Assembly: GCA_046704725.1 (NCBI GenBank)
Contig: JBJKRI010000008.1
Location: 6,191-70,190 of the forward strand
DNA: 64,000 nt
Reading direction: 5' to 3'
From: Candidatus Woesearchaeota archaeon
Lineage (GTDB): Archaea > Nanobdellota > Nanobdellia > Woesearchaeales > SKIA01
Notes under the pieces: model-generated
What the model was told of the DNA's origin: nothing
The model's input: only the letters and a program-made list of their open reading frames with translations
Databases searched by the model: none
Program-made: the position numbers and the translations under genes
Shown here: piece after piece, positions 63,723 through 64,000 of the stretch
Numbering within the stretch: position 1 is the stretch's first letter
Layout of the letters: each line of letters opens with the position of its first letter

Positions 63723-64000
63723 CGCGGATCCCTCGCCCGGCGCACGAGCGCCTGCTTGACCGTGTCGGTGGCGTACGCCTGCAGACGCTGGGCTGGCGAC
63801 TCGTTATCGCCGTGCTCGGCGAATGTCACGCGGATCGTGCTCACCGCCCAACCGATCGCTGCGGCCATGAACGGCCCTGTTCCTCGCTCTCCGCCGCAAC
63901 CGAACCAGTGCTGGAAAGCCTCCCATGCCGGGATGTACTGCGGCTTCCACTCGAGCGTGGTCTTGCGCCAGGCATGCCAGGCGTCCTGCACGCATTGCGG
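63719..64000 (-). CDS. Hypothetical protein, probably truncated by the window edge
   Basis: Minus frame is open to nt 64000; the stop overlaps the start of 63312..63722 (ATGA). Confidence 0.4.
   Translation of the reverse strand, partial: PQCVQDAWHAWRKTTLEWKPQYIPAWEAFQHWFGCGGERGTGPFMAAAIGWAVSTIRVTFAEHGDNESPAQRLQAYATDTVKQALVRRARDPR

Noticed and set aside
1-64000. CRISPR array or cas genes
   Set aside because: No regularly spaced 25-45-nt repeats with unique spacers were seen; all repeats found lie inside coding modules.

Overview
GC-rich archaeal DNA. GatD/GatE, CDP-archaeol synthase, CDC48, BHB-type tRNA introns and TATA boxes about 22-25 nt before start codons mark it as archaeal; the gene repertoire suggests a DPANN lineage, most likely Woesearchaeota (inference). 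About 41 kb (1-41,082, + strand) is a cell-surface locus: four tandem dockerin plus jelly-roll (polysaccharide-lyase-like) proteins showing DNA-level mosaicism; a 6,978-aa adhesin of repeated beta-helix/Ig units with nested LamG, propeller and DUF2341 modules; a cluster of pilin/WxL-like subunits with two DUF916/PapD-like proteins; and two cadherin-like membrane proteins, each behind small regulator-like genes, two of which are ribbon-helix-helix mini-genes missed by the ORF track. A MoxR-DUF58-VWA (Bat-like) operon follows. The rest is mostly housekeeping (adk, truD, malic enzyme, carS, gatE, gatD, cdc48) with two intron-containing tRNAs. The most striking candidate system is a low-GC, free-standing LAGLIDADG gene whose stop codon lies inside a tRNA-Arg(CCU) gene carrying a non-canonical 28/29 intron; a 10-nt copy of the intron-less exon junction sits in the endonuclease's own promoter region. 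Family assignments come from motif recognition only; no database searches were run.
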